64,000 bases of DNA from Eledone cirrhosa. Lineage: Eukaryota. The DNA is taken from assembly GCA_964016885.1 (NCBI GenBank), contig OZ024749.1, positions 34,472,001 to 34,536,000 on the forward strand, in the 5' to 3' direction. The translations under genes were made by a program, and so were the position numbers. This document shows, piece by piece, positions 13,485-26,636 of this stretch. Below the pieces are notes generated by a model. It was given only the letters and a program-made list of their open reading frames with translations. It was not told the origin of the DNA and ran no database searches. The stretch's first letter is position 1. Every line of letters begins with the position of its first letter.

Positions 13485-13730
13485 TCTTCTTTACCCATCT
13501 ATCCCCGAGAGGATCACGAGGGGCAAAGTTCTCAGACATAACCTTCTAGAGGGTTCTATCAGAAGCAACCATCTCCAAATAATCTGGTTGAATCTCCAAA
13601 TGAGACCAGTTAAGCTTATGGATGTTATCCAACCATCTTGCTCATGGTCTATCTCTGGGTCTCCTGTTAGCTGGCTTTGCCCATAAAATCTGTCCAGCAA
13701 TTCTTTCCTGACACATCAACAGTCATTTCG
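13485..13730 (-). mobile_element. RTE-clade LINE 3' fragment (related piece at ~20400-20530)
   Basis: Encodes QILWAKPANRRPRDRP*ARWLDNI...VASDR, a decayed RT C-terminus. Confidence 0.65.
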
Positions 13731-13964
13731 ACTTTCGTCAAATTGGACCGAGGAAACAATGTCTCCATTGGTCTTTCCAATTGCTAATATTATCTATCGG
13801 TCGCAACTCCGGGTAGAAGGAGCAATGTGAAATAAAGTGTCTTGCTCAAGGACATAACGCATTGCCTGGTCCAGGAATCAAACTCACAACCTCACGATTG
13901 TGAATCCAATTCTCTAACCACTCAGCCACGCGCCTTCCTGACACATTCTAACCTTCAATTTCAG

Positions 13965-14111
13965 TTGACATCAGAAAAAGAACATGTTGAATGTGAGAAA
14001 TGGGAGATCATTAAAAGAGCCCGGGAAGCTGCAGAAAGATGTATGATGCTCCAATCAAGACTTGATTCAAAGGAACAAATAATCAACCAGATGAAACAAG
14101 ATTTATCTCAA
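13965..14111 (+). CDS. KAZN: kazrin coding exon (coiled coil)
   Basis: Encodes LTSEKEHVECEKWEIIKRAREAAERCMMLQSRLDSKEQIINQMKQDLSQ. ttcAG/GTATGA, phase 0/0. Confidence 0.93.
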
Positions 14112-14513
14112 GTATGACATTCTTTTTAATTGTTTTTTTCATTTCTTCAATTTTTCATTTTACATGGAAATATGTATATTTAGCATGTTTACATATATAC
14201 TCAATTTGTAAATTTATATACACATTTACACAGTGGTAAGATGGATATCCTGCTGTAAAAATGTGTATTTTCAGAAAGCTACAGCAATACAAATGTTTAA
14301 AATAATGAATGATAGCAAACTTGTTGGAATGTTACCTTGGAGTTGTTTAATTTAAAAATGCCGGCATAACAACACAAGGTATCCTGCACCAACTTAGTTT
14401 CTTTAACTTTTTTTTCCTTTGATGAAAGAATTTCATCCCAAAATATTAAGGACTAATTAAGCACCTAATTAAGGTAACATTCCAACAACTTTATCATTAT
14501 TTTTACTATTTAA

Positions 14514-14730
14514 TGCGGTGGATTGGCAGTATCGGTAGAGGGTCGGGCGCCATGCTTTGAAGCATAGTTACCTCCCTTTATGATCTGAGTTCAAATCCCG
14601 CCCAGGTTAACTTTGCCTTTCATCCTTACGGGGTCGATAAAATAAAGTACCAGTCACGCACTGGGGTCGATTTAATCGACTTTCTCCTCCCCCAAAATTT
14701 GGCGGCCTTGTGCCTATATAAGAAACCACT
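14514..14730 (+). mobile_element. SINE family A (longer variant)
   Basis: Same head and core as the 45412 copy. Confidence 0.8.
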
Positions 14731-14860
14731 ATTTAATGTCCGATTTGTATTCCTCTAAAAAAAAAAACATACTATTTTCTATATTTTCCGCAATCCTTCA
14801 AACAAACTACAACACTCTCTCATCATGGTAACAAAGTTAATTTTTCTCCATTTATTGCAG

Positions 14861-15014
14861 TTAAAAAATCACTTTTCTTTGACAAGTCGGTCAAATAACA
14901 CACCTGATATATTTGACAATTCTAAATGTTTGGAAGAAAGTCAATCTGTGGAGGAGTTACTCTCATCTGAAAAAATGTCATCAGAAAAATCACTTGAAGA
15001 TAATAATTTAACGT
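14861..15014 (+). CDS. KAZN: kazrin coding exon (low-complexity linker)
   Basis: ttgcAG/GTAAGT, open frame LKNHFSL...EDNNLT. Phase 0/1 fits both neighbours. Confidence 0.8.
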
Positions 15015-15037
15015 GTAAGTATTATATATATATAGTG

Positions 15038-15315
15038 GAGACACGTGGCCTAGTGGTAAGGGTGTTGGACTTACAATCATAATGTTGTGGGTTCCATTCC
15101 TGGGTTGCGTGTTGTGTTCTTGAGCAAAGCACTTCATTTCACATCGCTCCAGTATACTCAGCTGAAAATGAGTACCAACAATAGCTGTTGGGTTTAACCC
15201 TGCGATTGACTGGCGTCCTGTCCAGGGGAAGTCTCGTACTCTCAGTTGCTTTACACCATGAAACCGGGATAAGCACTTTCCAAATGAGCCTGCTGGCTTA
15301 AGGCAGACTTTAGAC
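15038..15315 (+). mobile_element. tRNA-derived CORE-like SINE, tail type 1
   Basis: Same head and core with a different 3' half. Inverted copy at ~5765-6055. Confidence 0.8.
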
Positions 15316-15744
15316 TTTTTAGATATATATGCATTCAGTGAAGCCCCCCAGCCCACACTGTAATGTGGCCACAATGGTGACATGGCAAAAAGTGCTCAGC
15401 TTACTCTGTAAAGTGGTCATGTAGGTGTCACAACAAAAAGTACCCTGTACTCACTGTAAATTGGGGTTGACGTTGGGAAGGCAACCAGCTACAGAAACTA
15501 AGCCAGAACCAGACTGGTATGAGAAAGACATGATCACCTGACCTAGGATTCCACAGACATGTGTACCCTTTACATAGTTCTCGGGGAGATTTAGTGTGTG
15601 ACATAGTGTGTGACGAGGCTGGTCCTTTGAACTACAGGTACAACTCATTTTTGCCAGCTGAGGGGACTGGAGCAACATCATACATACTAACACACACAAT
15701 ACACATACATATATTCATATATACACTCTTCCTCTCTCTCCCTG

Positions 15745-15872
<128 letters not shown>

Positions 15873-16224
15873 TGTTTGTGTGTGCAAAATACTTTTAAAG
15901 TTCAGCCTGTGATCACTAGAGCAGGATCAAGAAGGTTTACTAAATTTACTTTTCTATAGAATTTAATGAGAGAATTGTCTAATTTTCCAATTGTTTGTTT
16001 AACCTCTTTAATCAAAATGTCACCCAATGAAAACAAGAATTAAATCTTTTGTACAGGAAGAAATGAAGACATTTAACTAAAACTTTGGTCAAAGTAGAAA
16101 CACTGTTGAGTATTGATAGAGTGCATGGAGATATTTGCTCTCTTTACTAAACAGATATCCATCTTTCTTTAAATGAAAATTTTAAAAATTAAATAATCGT
16201 ATAATCTTTCTTGGACAACTTTAA

Positions 16225-16475
16225 TCATCATCATCAGGTCGAGCTTGCTCGGCTTTCTACGACACATTTCCTCCATCCATCTCTGTCTCTCATAGCGTTT
16301 GCCAGTTCTTCCGCAGTGCATCTAGTATCGTCCTCAAGTTGCTTGACGTATGTCTTCTTGGGACGACCAGCGTTTCTTGCTCCATGAGATGGACTCCATA
16401 ACAACACATCACCTGCTATTTCTTCCTTGCTGCGCCAACAGTGGCCAGCAAATCTGAGTCTCTGTCCACGTATTG
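16225..16475 (-). mobile_element. RTE-clade LINE 3' fragment
   Basis: Encodes GHCWRSKEE...LLWSPSHGARNAGRPKKTYVKQLEDDT...AMRDRDGWR, followed by a (GAT)n tail. Confidence 0.8.
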
Positions 16476-17389
16476 ACCTGCTGATAGGTGGTATACAACT
16501 TTAATGGGTGGCTGATTGGCAGAGTAATTAGAGTATCGAATACAGCATTTGTTCCAATTTTTTTTCTTAACACTGTGTTGAAATCCTGCTGAGGTCAACT
16601 CTGCCTTTTATTTTATTTTTTTAGTCAATCAAATTCAGAGTATCAATGGACTGGTCAGATTGTTAGGGTGTTAGTTGAGATAGTTGGTGCTATTTATTTC
16701 AGTTTTTTGCATTCTGAGTTCAAATCTTATTGTGGCCTATTTGGTTAGAAAGCTTGGTTAAAATTCCTCCACCTGATTTAACACCACCACTTGGCTATTG
16801 GATACTTTTAACAGTATCCACTTTGTTGTAAACAGTCAGACCAGAAGTCCTGTTTGAGAATACCTTTCTCTCTTCCTCCCATCAATCTCAGGGATCCTGA
16901 AAAAGCTCATGGGAACTATTTTTCTTTCCCTCTATAACTAAATGACAAAGAAATATCACGTGACCTCTTCAAAATAAATATATGTATTACTTTAAACTTT
17001 ATATATAATGTATTTGTAAAAATGACATCTCCTTACAACCACTTCAACTAGCTAGATAAATTTTAAAAAAAACACCACATTTTGTATTAATGTAATTTTT
17101 GATATAATCTTTAACTAACATAATTTTTAACCATTTTAATACTAACCTGCCCAAAATTGCCTCTAGTTCTATAGAACAAAACAATTCATTTTAAATAGTT
17201 TCTATTTAAATTAAAATCTTCCAATATAATTTTATAAGAGAACCTTTTGTTATGTTACGAATATCATCGTAATAAAGGAAAAAATCTTAGTAAATCCCTC
17301 TAAATTCTTCATTAATTCAAATACAGTATATTTTATGAGAAATATAGTTACAAAAGGATTAACTTATTGAATTTAGAATTTTAAATATA

Positions 17390-17950
17390 ATAATAATAAT
17401 AATGAAATGTTTGTGTACAGTGCTCAGGTGCACTACAACTCATCAAAGGTGCATGTATAGTACATAGAATAATGTACAAATGTCAGGGAAGTGAATAGTG
17501 TATGAGTCATGATATACATGTGTGCGTGTGTATGGAGGGGGAATATCAGATGTAGTGTTGGCGAATCTCAGGAAGCATGGAGGTTTTAAAGGATGCAGTG
17601 TCTCGACAGCTAACAACTGATGCAGGTAGTTTGTTCCATGCTTCAGCAACTCGGAGCGTGAAAAAATGTTTCCGAAAGTCATGGGAGCTGTGTTGTTTTC
17701 TGACTTTGTAGGCATGCCCACGTGTGTTAGACACATGGAAATCAAAAAGGTACTGAGGGTTGGCAAGATGGTTAATAATTGTGTGGGTGTTTACCAAGTC
17801 ATTTGCCAGATGTCGGAGTTTCAATGTATCCCTGCCCAGGGAAGTAAGGCATTCAGAGTATGGTAGATGCCTGATGGAGGGTATTCGCTTGGTTGCACAT
17901 CTCTGAACAGTTTCCAGGCAGTCAATGTTCTGAGCAAGATATGTAACCTG
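17390..17950 (-). mobile_element. CR1/L2-group LINE 3' fragment
   Basis: Encodes LETVQRCATKRIPSIRHLPY...TRGHAYKVRK...RKHFFTLRVAEAWNKLPASVV. The 3'UTR ends in (ATT)n. Tail copies occur at ~20612, 26280, 44905 and 49440-49890. Confidence 0.85.
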
Positions 17951-18539
17951 ATTTCTAATTATCAATTAACTTAATTTCTAATTATTAATTAATGATAAAG
18001 AAACATTTTTTTTTAAAGATTTACCATATACAGTATAACCTTGTTATTTGAGACATTTCATCTTTACCAATGAAAGTCTGATATTGCATTCAAATAAATC
18101 CTTATGTAAAGGATAATAGAAAATGAATTTATCCCAAAACTAACATACTAACAAATCCAAGCTATTCAGCAATCTCTAGATTTCTTTTGTATTGGGGAAT
18201 TAACAATAGTTGCTTTAGTATTACATTCTATATACAGTGAGTCTTTGAGTGAGTATCTTTTGTAGTTTAGACAAACATTGCTATTTATTTTAGTTGAACC
18301 AGTCTATAGAATTATTATTGTCTAACTACTGTTCAACACAACAGTTCTCAATAATCTTACATTCACTAGGTCACATTAGATATATTTGTAGTATATTAGT
18401 ATATTTCACTTAATACTACAACTTTCTAGCAACATATTGGTACACAACAACTATTTGGAGTTCTCTTCATTTTTAAGTAGAAATTAGCTGTGTTTCCTCA
18501 AAATTATTCTTTCACTCTTTCGTTCTTTCTTTCTTCCAG

Positions 18540-18734
18540 TCTCCAATAACAGTCCATTATCAATCATGGAAAATAGTAGTCCTCCCTTACAAGCTTTTCT
18601 TAGTTCTAGTCAGGAAAACTTTGAAAACCAGCTGAAACACAAAAGAAAGAAACCCCTGGGGTCATTATCAAAGATATTTTCTAAAACCCGGAGCAGACAT
18701 TCTATTGCTGTGACAAGTGAAGCTGAAACAGAAG
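18540..18734 (+). CDS. KAZN: kazrin coding exon (basic NLS-like segment)
   Basis: Encodes ENQLKHKRKKPLGSLSKIFSKTRSR, similar to vertebrate KRKKKK..GSISRVFARGK. ttccAG/GTAACA, phase 1/1. Confidence 0.9.
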
Positions 18735-19354
18735 GTAACAGATTTTTATTTTACAAGAAAACAAAAGTTTAAGAAAGATTCACTTTTTCATTACTAAATT
18801 TCTAATGAATGATATTGCCTAGTTTTCAAATAATTTTGAATAAAATCAAACATTTTTATTTGGCTTTTTTTTTCTCTTGCTTTAATTATATATTTTTGTG
18901 TATTATATTTATAAGGTTCTTAGCAATAATTAATTGTATATATTATTTGTGTTTATATTTTTATTCTGTAAGAATTATAAACAAATTGTAACGTTATATA
19001 TACAACTGTGAATAAAGTATTTTTATTCTAAAAAAAAAATCAATTATTAAACTGGTGTTTGGAACATAACTTAAAGGTTGTTATATAAAATTATGATGTA
19101 AGGCTTATAGATACTTGAAAACAAACAGTTTTGAATTATAGAGCTAGAGATGGTTTCAGACAGTTTGTTAGCAAAAGGGTTAATTTTTTCATAGATGCAT
19201 GCATGGCTGTGTTTATTTGTCTTCTACTATAGCCTCAGAATGACCAATGTCTTGTGTGTGAAATTTGGGGACTCTGTCATGTGTGAGTATGTGAAAGAAA
19301 GTGTATGGGAGTGTATGTGTGTATGTGAGTGTGTAAGTATGTATGAGTGTGTGT

Positions 19355-20120
19355 GAGTCTTCATATATAATATTTTCTTAGTCTTTATGTATGATATTTT
19401 CTTGGTATTCATATATAATATTTTTTTAGTCTTCATATATAATATTTACTTGGTCTTATATATAATATTTACTTGGCCTTCATATATATTTTCTTAGTCT
19501 TCATATATAATATTTACTTGGTCTTCATATAGAATACTTTCTTAGTTTTCATATATAATATTTTCTTAGTCTTCATATATAATATTTACTTGGTCTTATA
19601 TATAATATTTACTTGGTCTTCATATATATTTTCTTAGTCTTCATATATAATATTTACTTGGTCTTCATATAGAATACTTTCTTAGTTTTCATATATAATA
19701 TTTTCTTAGTCTTCATATATAATATTTACTTGGCCTTCATATATATTTTCTTAGTCTTCATATATAATATTTACTTAGTCTTCATATAAAATATTTTCTT
19801 AGTTTTCATATATAATATTTTCTTAGTCTTCATATATAATATTTTCTTGGTCTTATATATATTTATTTGGTCTTGATATAGAATATTTTCTTGGTCTTAT
19901 ATATAATATTTACTTGGTCTTCATATAAAATATTTTCTTGGTCTTATATATAATATTTACTTGGCCTTCATGTATATTTTCTTAGTCTTCATATATAATA
20001 TTTTCTTACTTTTCATGTATATTTTCTTGCTTGTCATGTAAAATACTTTCTTGCTCTTCATGTATAATATTTTCTTAGTTTTTATCTATAATATTTTCTT
20101 GGTCTTTATATATAATGTTC
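19355..20120. repeat. ~24-bp AT-rich minisatellite with 140-bp higher-order period
   Basis: Units of gtcttcatatataatattttctta. Block 19441-19580 recurs at 19581-19720. Confidence 0.9.
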
Positions 20121-21277
20121 ATATATGAATTAACAGATGTTAATTCATATATAAAACATGGGTGCATCCCAATGCAAATGACTATAATAATAGTCAATCT
20201 CTATAAACAATAGTTGAGAAAATCAGATAAAGTAGCCCTGGAGAGGGAAAAAAGTGAGCTGAGGCACCTGTGAGGAACTGAACCCCTCATCTCACAGGTG
20301 CTGGGCGAGTGAGTGTATTAACCACTACTCTAAAGATCCACTAGCCACAATTTTTAGAAGATTTTAAGCCTCTAAACTAGAATTGTAAATAATGGTTGAC
20401 TTAAGAAGCATTTTGAAAATTTGAGCTCATGGTGTTATCCAACTATCTTGATCAGGGTCAACTGCTAGGTCTCCTGCCAGTTGGTTTTGCCCTTAAAATC
20501 TGTCCATCGATTCTTTCCTGAGACCTTCTAAGAGATCACAGCCTGTAGTACCTGAGCTGTGATCTCTCAATTTGGAGAAATAACAGCTCTACCTGGAGCT
20601 ACACTCTCTATCATAATAATAATAATGAAATTATTGTGTACAGTGCTCAGGTGCACTACAACTCATCAAAGGTGCATGTATAGTACATAGAATAATGTAA
20701 CATTACTACAAAGACCCTTCGGAGAAACCTAATTTCAACCATTTGTTTCAAACATTTAAATTGAAAATCAGATTGTTTTGAAAAAAATTAGATTAATTTT
20801 ATTTTATTGGCATTATATTGGCAGAGTCGTTAAAAATGTTGATTAGAATTCTTTACAGTATTTTGGAACTTTGTGTTCTGATTTCAAATTCTGCCAAGAA
20901 TTCAACTTCAAATCCCATCGAGTTCAATTTTGCTTTTCACCCTTCTGGGTCAATAAAACAAAGTACCAGTAAAGTAATGATGTTGAAATAATCAACTTTA
21001 CCCTTCTCTCAAAATTGCTGGCCTAGTGTCTAAATTAGAAACCTTTATCATATTTTTTTTTTGTTTTTACATTTTAAATGTAAATGTGGTTGGTGTTAGG
21101 AAGGGCATTCAGCCGTAGAAAACCTGCCAGATAGTCCTATATGAGCGAGACACAGTCACCTGAACAATCTTGCCTTAAATGGGACAATTTCCATCTAACT
21201 CATGCTAGCGTGGAAGATAGACGTTAAACGGTGATGATGATGATGATTTTTTTTGTTTTTGTTTTTTCTTAATATAG

Positions 21278-21471
21278 ATTCCAGTGTGTTAAATTCCCAT
21301 GCAAGTTTGCTGAATACAGACAACCTGCAAGAAAAATTACAAACAGCAGAGAAACTAAAAGACACTCACATATCGTTATGGAAAGCTAATCAAGTTTTAA
21401 CTTGGGTAGAGGTGGTTCTTAACATGCCAATGTATGGCAAGATGTGTTCTCACAATATCAAAAGTGGAAAG
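21278..21471 (+). CDS. KAZN: kazrin coding exon (SAM1 start)
   Basis: Encodes ISLWKANQVLTWVEVVLNMPMYGKMCSHNIKSGK. AG/GTAAGT, phase 1/0. Confidence 0.95.
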
Positions 21472-21820
21472 GTAAGTTAGAGAAAGAGAAATCAACGTTG
21501 TCATCATCTTCGTCTTCGTCATCTACGTCTTCATTTTCTTCCTCTTCTTTGTCTTCTTTTTCTTCTTTGTCTTCTTCTTATACTTCTTCTTTTTATTCTT
21601 TTTATTCTTCTTCTTTTTTTTCATCTTCTCCTCGTCCTCCTTTATATTTCAATAATTATATTAACCTTTTTAGTTGTCATATTTTTATATATAAACAGTT
21701 AGATAGATTTTGCAATTTTAATAACTGTTCAAAAGAAAATTATGCCTGTATTCTGTTGCCAGAATATTTAGTATTCTCAGCTAAAACTTCACAAGAAAAT
21801 TTTCATTCTAATTCTAACAG

Positions 21821-21933
21821 GTTTTACTTGGGCTTAGTGACTCTGAACTGGCCTCAGCTCTTTCCATCACAAGCCCAATGCATCGAAGAAAATTACGCTT
21901 GGCAATTGAAGAACAACGGAACCCATCTGAAGC
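21821..21933 (+). CDS. KAZN: kazrin coding exon (SAM1 end)
   Basis: Encodes VLLGLSDSELASALSITSPMHRRKLRLAIEEQRNPSE, containing the liprin/kazrin HRRKLRLAI motif. ctaacAG/GTAATA, phase 0/2. Out of frame with track ORF 21444..22235. Confidence 0.95.
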
Positions 21934-21989
21934 GTAATAGAATATTTCTGTTTATTTCATACATACACACATCTTGTCTGAATATATTG

Positions 21990-22136
21990 CATCATCATCA
22001 TCATCATGATCAACATCATGGTCATCACTACCATCATCATCATCATCATGGTCATCATCACTATCACCGTCATCATCATTACCATCATCACCACCACCTT
22101 GGTCATCACTACCATCATCATTATCATCATCATCAT
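21990..22136. repeat. (CAT)n imperfect microsatellite
   Basis: catcatcat/caccat run in a kazrin intron. Confidence 0.9.
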
Positions 22137-22574
22137 TTAACATTTCATAAATATGGAAGTATTTATATTATGTATAATATAATTTTAATTGTGATTATAT
22201 ATACAGTACTAATTTTTTTTTCTAAATCCCATTAGGTATATCGTTGAGAAACCAATACCAGATAAATGTTCCTGGTTGTATTTCATAACGAAAGATGATA
22301 TCATTGTTCCTATTAATACATATCTTTAACCCTTTACATTAAATATTGTTTACAATCTCTATATTAGTCACCATCTCCCTCCATATTTCTGTTCTGATAA
22401 ATCTTACCCAACCAGCATATTAGCAATGTTGTATTTCTTTAGAAGAAAGAAAATATTCAAATGTCATAAAAGTGTATAAATAGAAATTAAAAAAAAATAT
22501 TTTCTCAATTTGCTTCATCTAAAAATATTTTTAAAAAATAATTTGACTGGATTTATAAAACTTTATTTTTGCAG

Positions 22575-22809
22575 GAAATATCCCAAAGCTGTTGAAATAG
22601 ATCACAACTGGGTCTCCCAAAGATGGATACCTGATCTAGGTTTGTCTCAGTATACGGCAACATTTGAATTACAATTAGTTGATGGTCGTATGATAAATAA
22701 CTTGACCAAAAAAGATTTAGAGAAGCATTTTGCTATTCATCGCAAGTTTCATCATGCCAGTATACTTCATGGAATTGAACTCCTAAAATCTTTAGAATTT
22801 GACAAAGAA
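22575..22809 (+). CDS. KAZN: kazrin coding exon (SAM2)
   Basis: Encodes DHNWVSQRWIPDLGLSQYTATFELQLVDGRMINNLTKKDLEKH...HASILHGIELL. Phase 2/0. Confidence 0.96.
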
Positions 22810-23039
22810 GTAAGTATCAACATTATTTATAAAATATATAAAAATAAGTATCTGTATTATTTATAAAATAGTAAGTGTCTATAGTAGGTATTTGTATTAT
22901 TTATAAAATATTATATTATTTGTTTTTCGTGCCTGCTTGTGCTGCAAGCCAAAGAACAACTTATTTCCAAGCTAAGATTTGTAAGCCTCCTTCTTTGCTC
23001 GGATGACATCTTTAACCTCTTGATTGAATCAAGTCACAA

Positions 23040-23395
23040 GCACTGCCACCTTACAAGGTGAACTGGGTGCTTTTCGTCATGGCTCCAGCACTACCACTTT
23101 ACTGAGTGGACTGGGTGCTTTTCATCATCGCACCAGCACTTCCACTTTACTGAGTGGACTGGGTGCTTTTTATTGTGGCACCAACATTACGACTTTACTG
23201 AGTGGACTGGGTGCTTTTTATTGTGGCACTAACATTACGACTTTACTGAGTGGACTTAGTGTATTTTATTGTGGCACCAGCACTACCACTTTGCAGAGTG
23301 GATTGAGTGCATTTTATAGTAGCACCAGCACTACCACTTTGTAGAGTGGATTGGGTGCTTTTCATCATGGCACCAGCACTACCACTTTGCAGTGC
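23040..23395. repeat. 48-bp tandem array (SINE B internal unit, reverse orientation)
   Basis: Repeated unit ccagcactaccactttactgagtggactgggtgcttttcatcatggca, ~7 copies. Confidence 0.85.
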
Positions 23396-23478
23396 ACTGC
23401 TGAAAAGGTGTAATCAATTAACAGGCCATAAAAGCTAATAATTACATAGAAATTATTTTCTCTCAATGTTTTTTATAG

Positions 23479-23580
23479 GCTTTACAGGAAAGACGGATGA
23501 AATGTGAAGAACAAAATGTCGATCCAATTGTGTGGACAAATGAACGTATTATTAAATGGATCAAGTCAATTGATTTGGAT
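23479..23580 (+). CDS. KAZN: kazrin coding exon (SAM3 start)
   Basis: Encodes ALQERRMKCEEQNVDPIVWTNERIIKWIKSIDLD. tatAG/GTAAGT, phase 0/0. Confidence 0.95.
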
Positions 23581-23609
23581 GTAAGTTGTTTATTATTTTA
23601 ATGTTCATG

Positions 23610-24652
23610 TATGTTCTTGAATATAGCTATGTACTTCACTGGTGTCTCACTGTTTCTATGAATTCACAATGATAGTTTCACGAGTACTGTGGTCTTGAAT
23701 CTAGCTATGTACTTCACTGGTGTCTCACTGTTTCTATGAATTCACAATGATAGTTTCACCAGTACTGTGGTCTTGAATCTAGCTATGTACTTCACTGGTG
23801 TCTCACTGTTTCTATGAATTCACAATGATAGTTTCACCAGTACTGTGATCTTGAATCTAGCTATGTACTTCACTGGTGTCTCACTGTTTCTATGAATTCA
23901 CAATGATAGTTTCACCAGTACTGTGGTCTTGAATCTAGCTATGTACTTCACTGGTGTCTCAATGTTTCTATGAATTCACAATGATAGTTTCACGAGTACT
24001 GTGGTCTTGAATCTAGCTATGTACTTCACTGGTGTCTCACTGTTTCTATGAATTCACAATGATAGTTTCACCAGTACTGTGGTCTTGAATATAGCTATGT
24101 ACTTCACTGGTGTCTCACTGTTTCTATGAATTCACAATGATAGTTTCACCGGTACTGTGGTCTTGAATCTAGCTATGTACTTCACTGGTGTCTCACTGTT
24201 TCTATGAATTCACAATGATAGTTTCACGAGTACTGTGGTCTTGAATCTAGCTATGTACTTCACTGGTGTCTCACTGTTTCTATGAATTCACAATGATAGT
24301 TTCACCAGTACTGTGGTCTTGAATCTAGCTATGTACTTCACTGGTGTCTCACTGTTTCTATGAATTCACAATGATAGTTTCACCAGTACTGTGGTCTTGA
24401 ATCTAGCTATGTACTTCGCTGGTGTCTCACTGTTTCTATGAATTCACAATGATAGTTTCACCAGTACTGTGGTCTTGAATCTAGCTATGTACTTCACTGG
24501 TGTCTCACTGTTTCTATGAATTCACAATGATAGTTTCACGAGTACTGTACCTTGAATCTAGCTATGTACTTCACTGGTGTCTCACTGTTTCTATGAATTC
24601 ACAATGATAGTTTCACGAATACTGTGGTCTTGAATATAGCTATGAACTTCGC
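23610..24652. repeat. 78-bp minisatellite, ~13 near-identical copies
   Basis: Repeated unit gtacttcactggtgtctcactgtttctatgaattcacaatgatagtttcaccagtactgtggtcttgaatctagctat. Confidence 0.95.
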
Positions 24653-24744
24653 TGAAATCTCCTTCCCTCTAGAGTATTTATTCGGCTAAAAGCTAACCTT
24701 TGATTAATACTAAAATTAATCTATTAATATTAAAGAGAACTTAA

Positions 24745-24965
24745 CCCTTTAACATTTAAATTATTTGATATTTACTACTGTATTTACACAATAAAGGCTT
24801 TATCTTATATAATTATCTTGCATAATATTGAATCTATGAAATTTTGATGTTATTTATTTTGAGAACAATACCTTAATGTAGATATGAACAACCAGTTACA
24901 GCCAGTTTGAACAGAAAGGGGTGAGATAATTCTGGCCGGATACAGCCAGTTTAAATGCTAAAGGG
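24745..24965. mobile_element. piggyBac-type MITE
   Basis: TTAA-CCCTTT...AAAGGG-TTAA; same family in opposite orientation. Confidence 0.8.
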
Positions 24966-25620
24966 TTAAACAGTAGTAGATTGGCAGAATTTGCAGAGCA
25001 TCAGTTAAAATGTAATTCTCTGAGGTCAACTTTGCATTTCATCCTTCTGGGGTTGATAAAATAAAGTACCAGTCAAGTATTGGGTTGATTTAATCAACTT
25101 TGCCCTTTCTTTAAATTCCTCAAAATGTTTGGTTATTTTCAAAATTAATTGAAACACACAGGCATTAGAAATACAGTAATGAAAGGGTTAATAATATTAC
25201 CCCACCTAACTAAATACAGTAATGAAAAGGTTACTATAACTGAACCACCCCTGACCATATTTCTATTGAATCTTTTGTTACTATATTTCTAATGAAAGCC
25301 ACTGCCTATGATTTTCAAATTATTTTGAAAATAATCAAGAATTTAGCAGTATATAAATTTCTTATTATTTATCTAGTGTTTAGAACATAACTTAACAAAG
25401 GTTCTCACATAAAATTATGATGGAAGGGTTTTAGATAAATATGAACACTTTAAAACAAACAGTTGTGTGTATTGTAACAGCATGTGGGAGGGGTTCAGAC
25501 AGTTTGGTATCAAAGGGGTTGAATTAATGTTTTTCTTGATAATAGAGCTAACATGAGCATGACTTTAGGAGTTCTTTGAAGCTATACAATGTGATAAATC
25601 CTGATTTATCTCCAATCCAG

Positions 25621-25787
25621 GAATATGCCGACAAACTAAGAGAAACTGGTGTCCATGGAGCTCTAATTGTTATGGAGCCATCATTTACTGCTGAGACACT
25701 TGCAACTGCATTAGGGATTCCTCCATCTAAATTCTCAGTCCGGCGTCATCTTGTTTCTGAACTAGATGCTCTTATAAAACCTGCAAG
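25621..25787 (+). CDS. KAZN: kazrin coding exon (SAM3 end)
   Basis: Encodes EYADKLRETGVHGALIVMEPSFTAETLATALGIPPSKFSVRRHL. ccAG/GTAAAT, phase 0/2. Confidence 0.96.
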
Positions 25788-26506
25788 GTAAATATGTATA
25801 AATTTATTTTTACTAGAAATTGTTTTACAATATAAGATGGCTGCTTAATCAACACAGTGAAAAGCCATTGTAAAAATATCAGGATATGTGTTGATATAGA
25901 AGAAAGTATGTGTTGTTTAACCCTAAGTCACACCTGATCAAGCAGATGTATAATCAAATGGTGAAGGCACATGCGTTAGTAGTTAGGTTGTTTAGCTCAT
26001 GATCATAAGCTCGGGAGTTCAAATATTGGACTGGGCAATGCATTGTATCCTTGAAGACGCATTATTTTGCATTGCTTCTGTCAATTCAACTGATAAAAAT
26101 GAATTGTATCTATGTTTTAAGGGACCAGCATTGTCATGCTGAATCCTTCAAATATCAGCCTAAGAACAACACAAAATATCCTGCTCCCTCTTAGTTTCCT
26201 TAATTCTTCTTTTGATGAAGGGATATCATCCCGAAATATTAAAGTTGAAGATATTTTGTCCGTTTTATAATAATGGATAATAATAATGAAATTATTGTGT
26301 ACAGTGCTCAGCTGCACTACAACTCGTCAAAGGTGCATAGAATAATATACAAATGTCATGGAAGTGAATAGTGTATGAGTCATGATATACATGTGTGCGT
26401 GTGTATGGAGGGGGGAATATTTTCAGTAATTACAGATCATATAGAGGTCATAACATTATGACCCAATATTTAACTTTATCTAATTGATTCTATGTTTTCA
26501 TTTCAG

Positions 26507-26636
26507 AGATGATCTTGAGATCACAGGCCTCAGAAAGAAGTCGGCTGGAGGTTCTCTTGGTCGGACATTTTCACGATCTTTCCGCTCTAATTCAAGCATT
26601 GATGATCTCACTCCTAAATCTCGAATGAGTATTAGG
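26507..26636 (+). CDS. KAZN: kazrin coding exon (C-terminal tail)
   Basis: tttcAG/GTAAAG, open frame DDLEITGLRKKSAGGSLGRTFSRSFRSNSSIDDLTPKSRMSIR. Phase 2/0 fits. Confidence 0.8.

Noticed and set aside
21444-22235. 263-aa Ser/His-rich ORF
   Set aside because: Made of TCT and CAT microsatellites. It crosses the real kazrin exons out of frame.
23024-23344. Repetitive 106-aa ORF (TTLLSGLGAF repeats)
   Set aside because: In-frame read-through of the 48-bp SINE-internal tandem unit.
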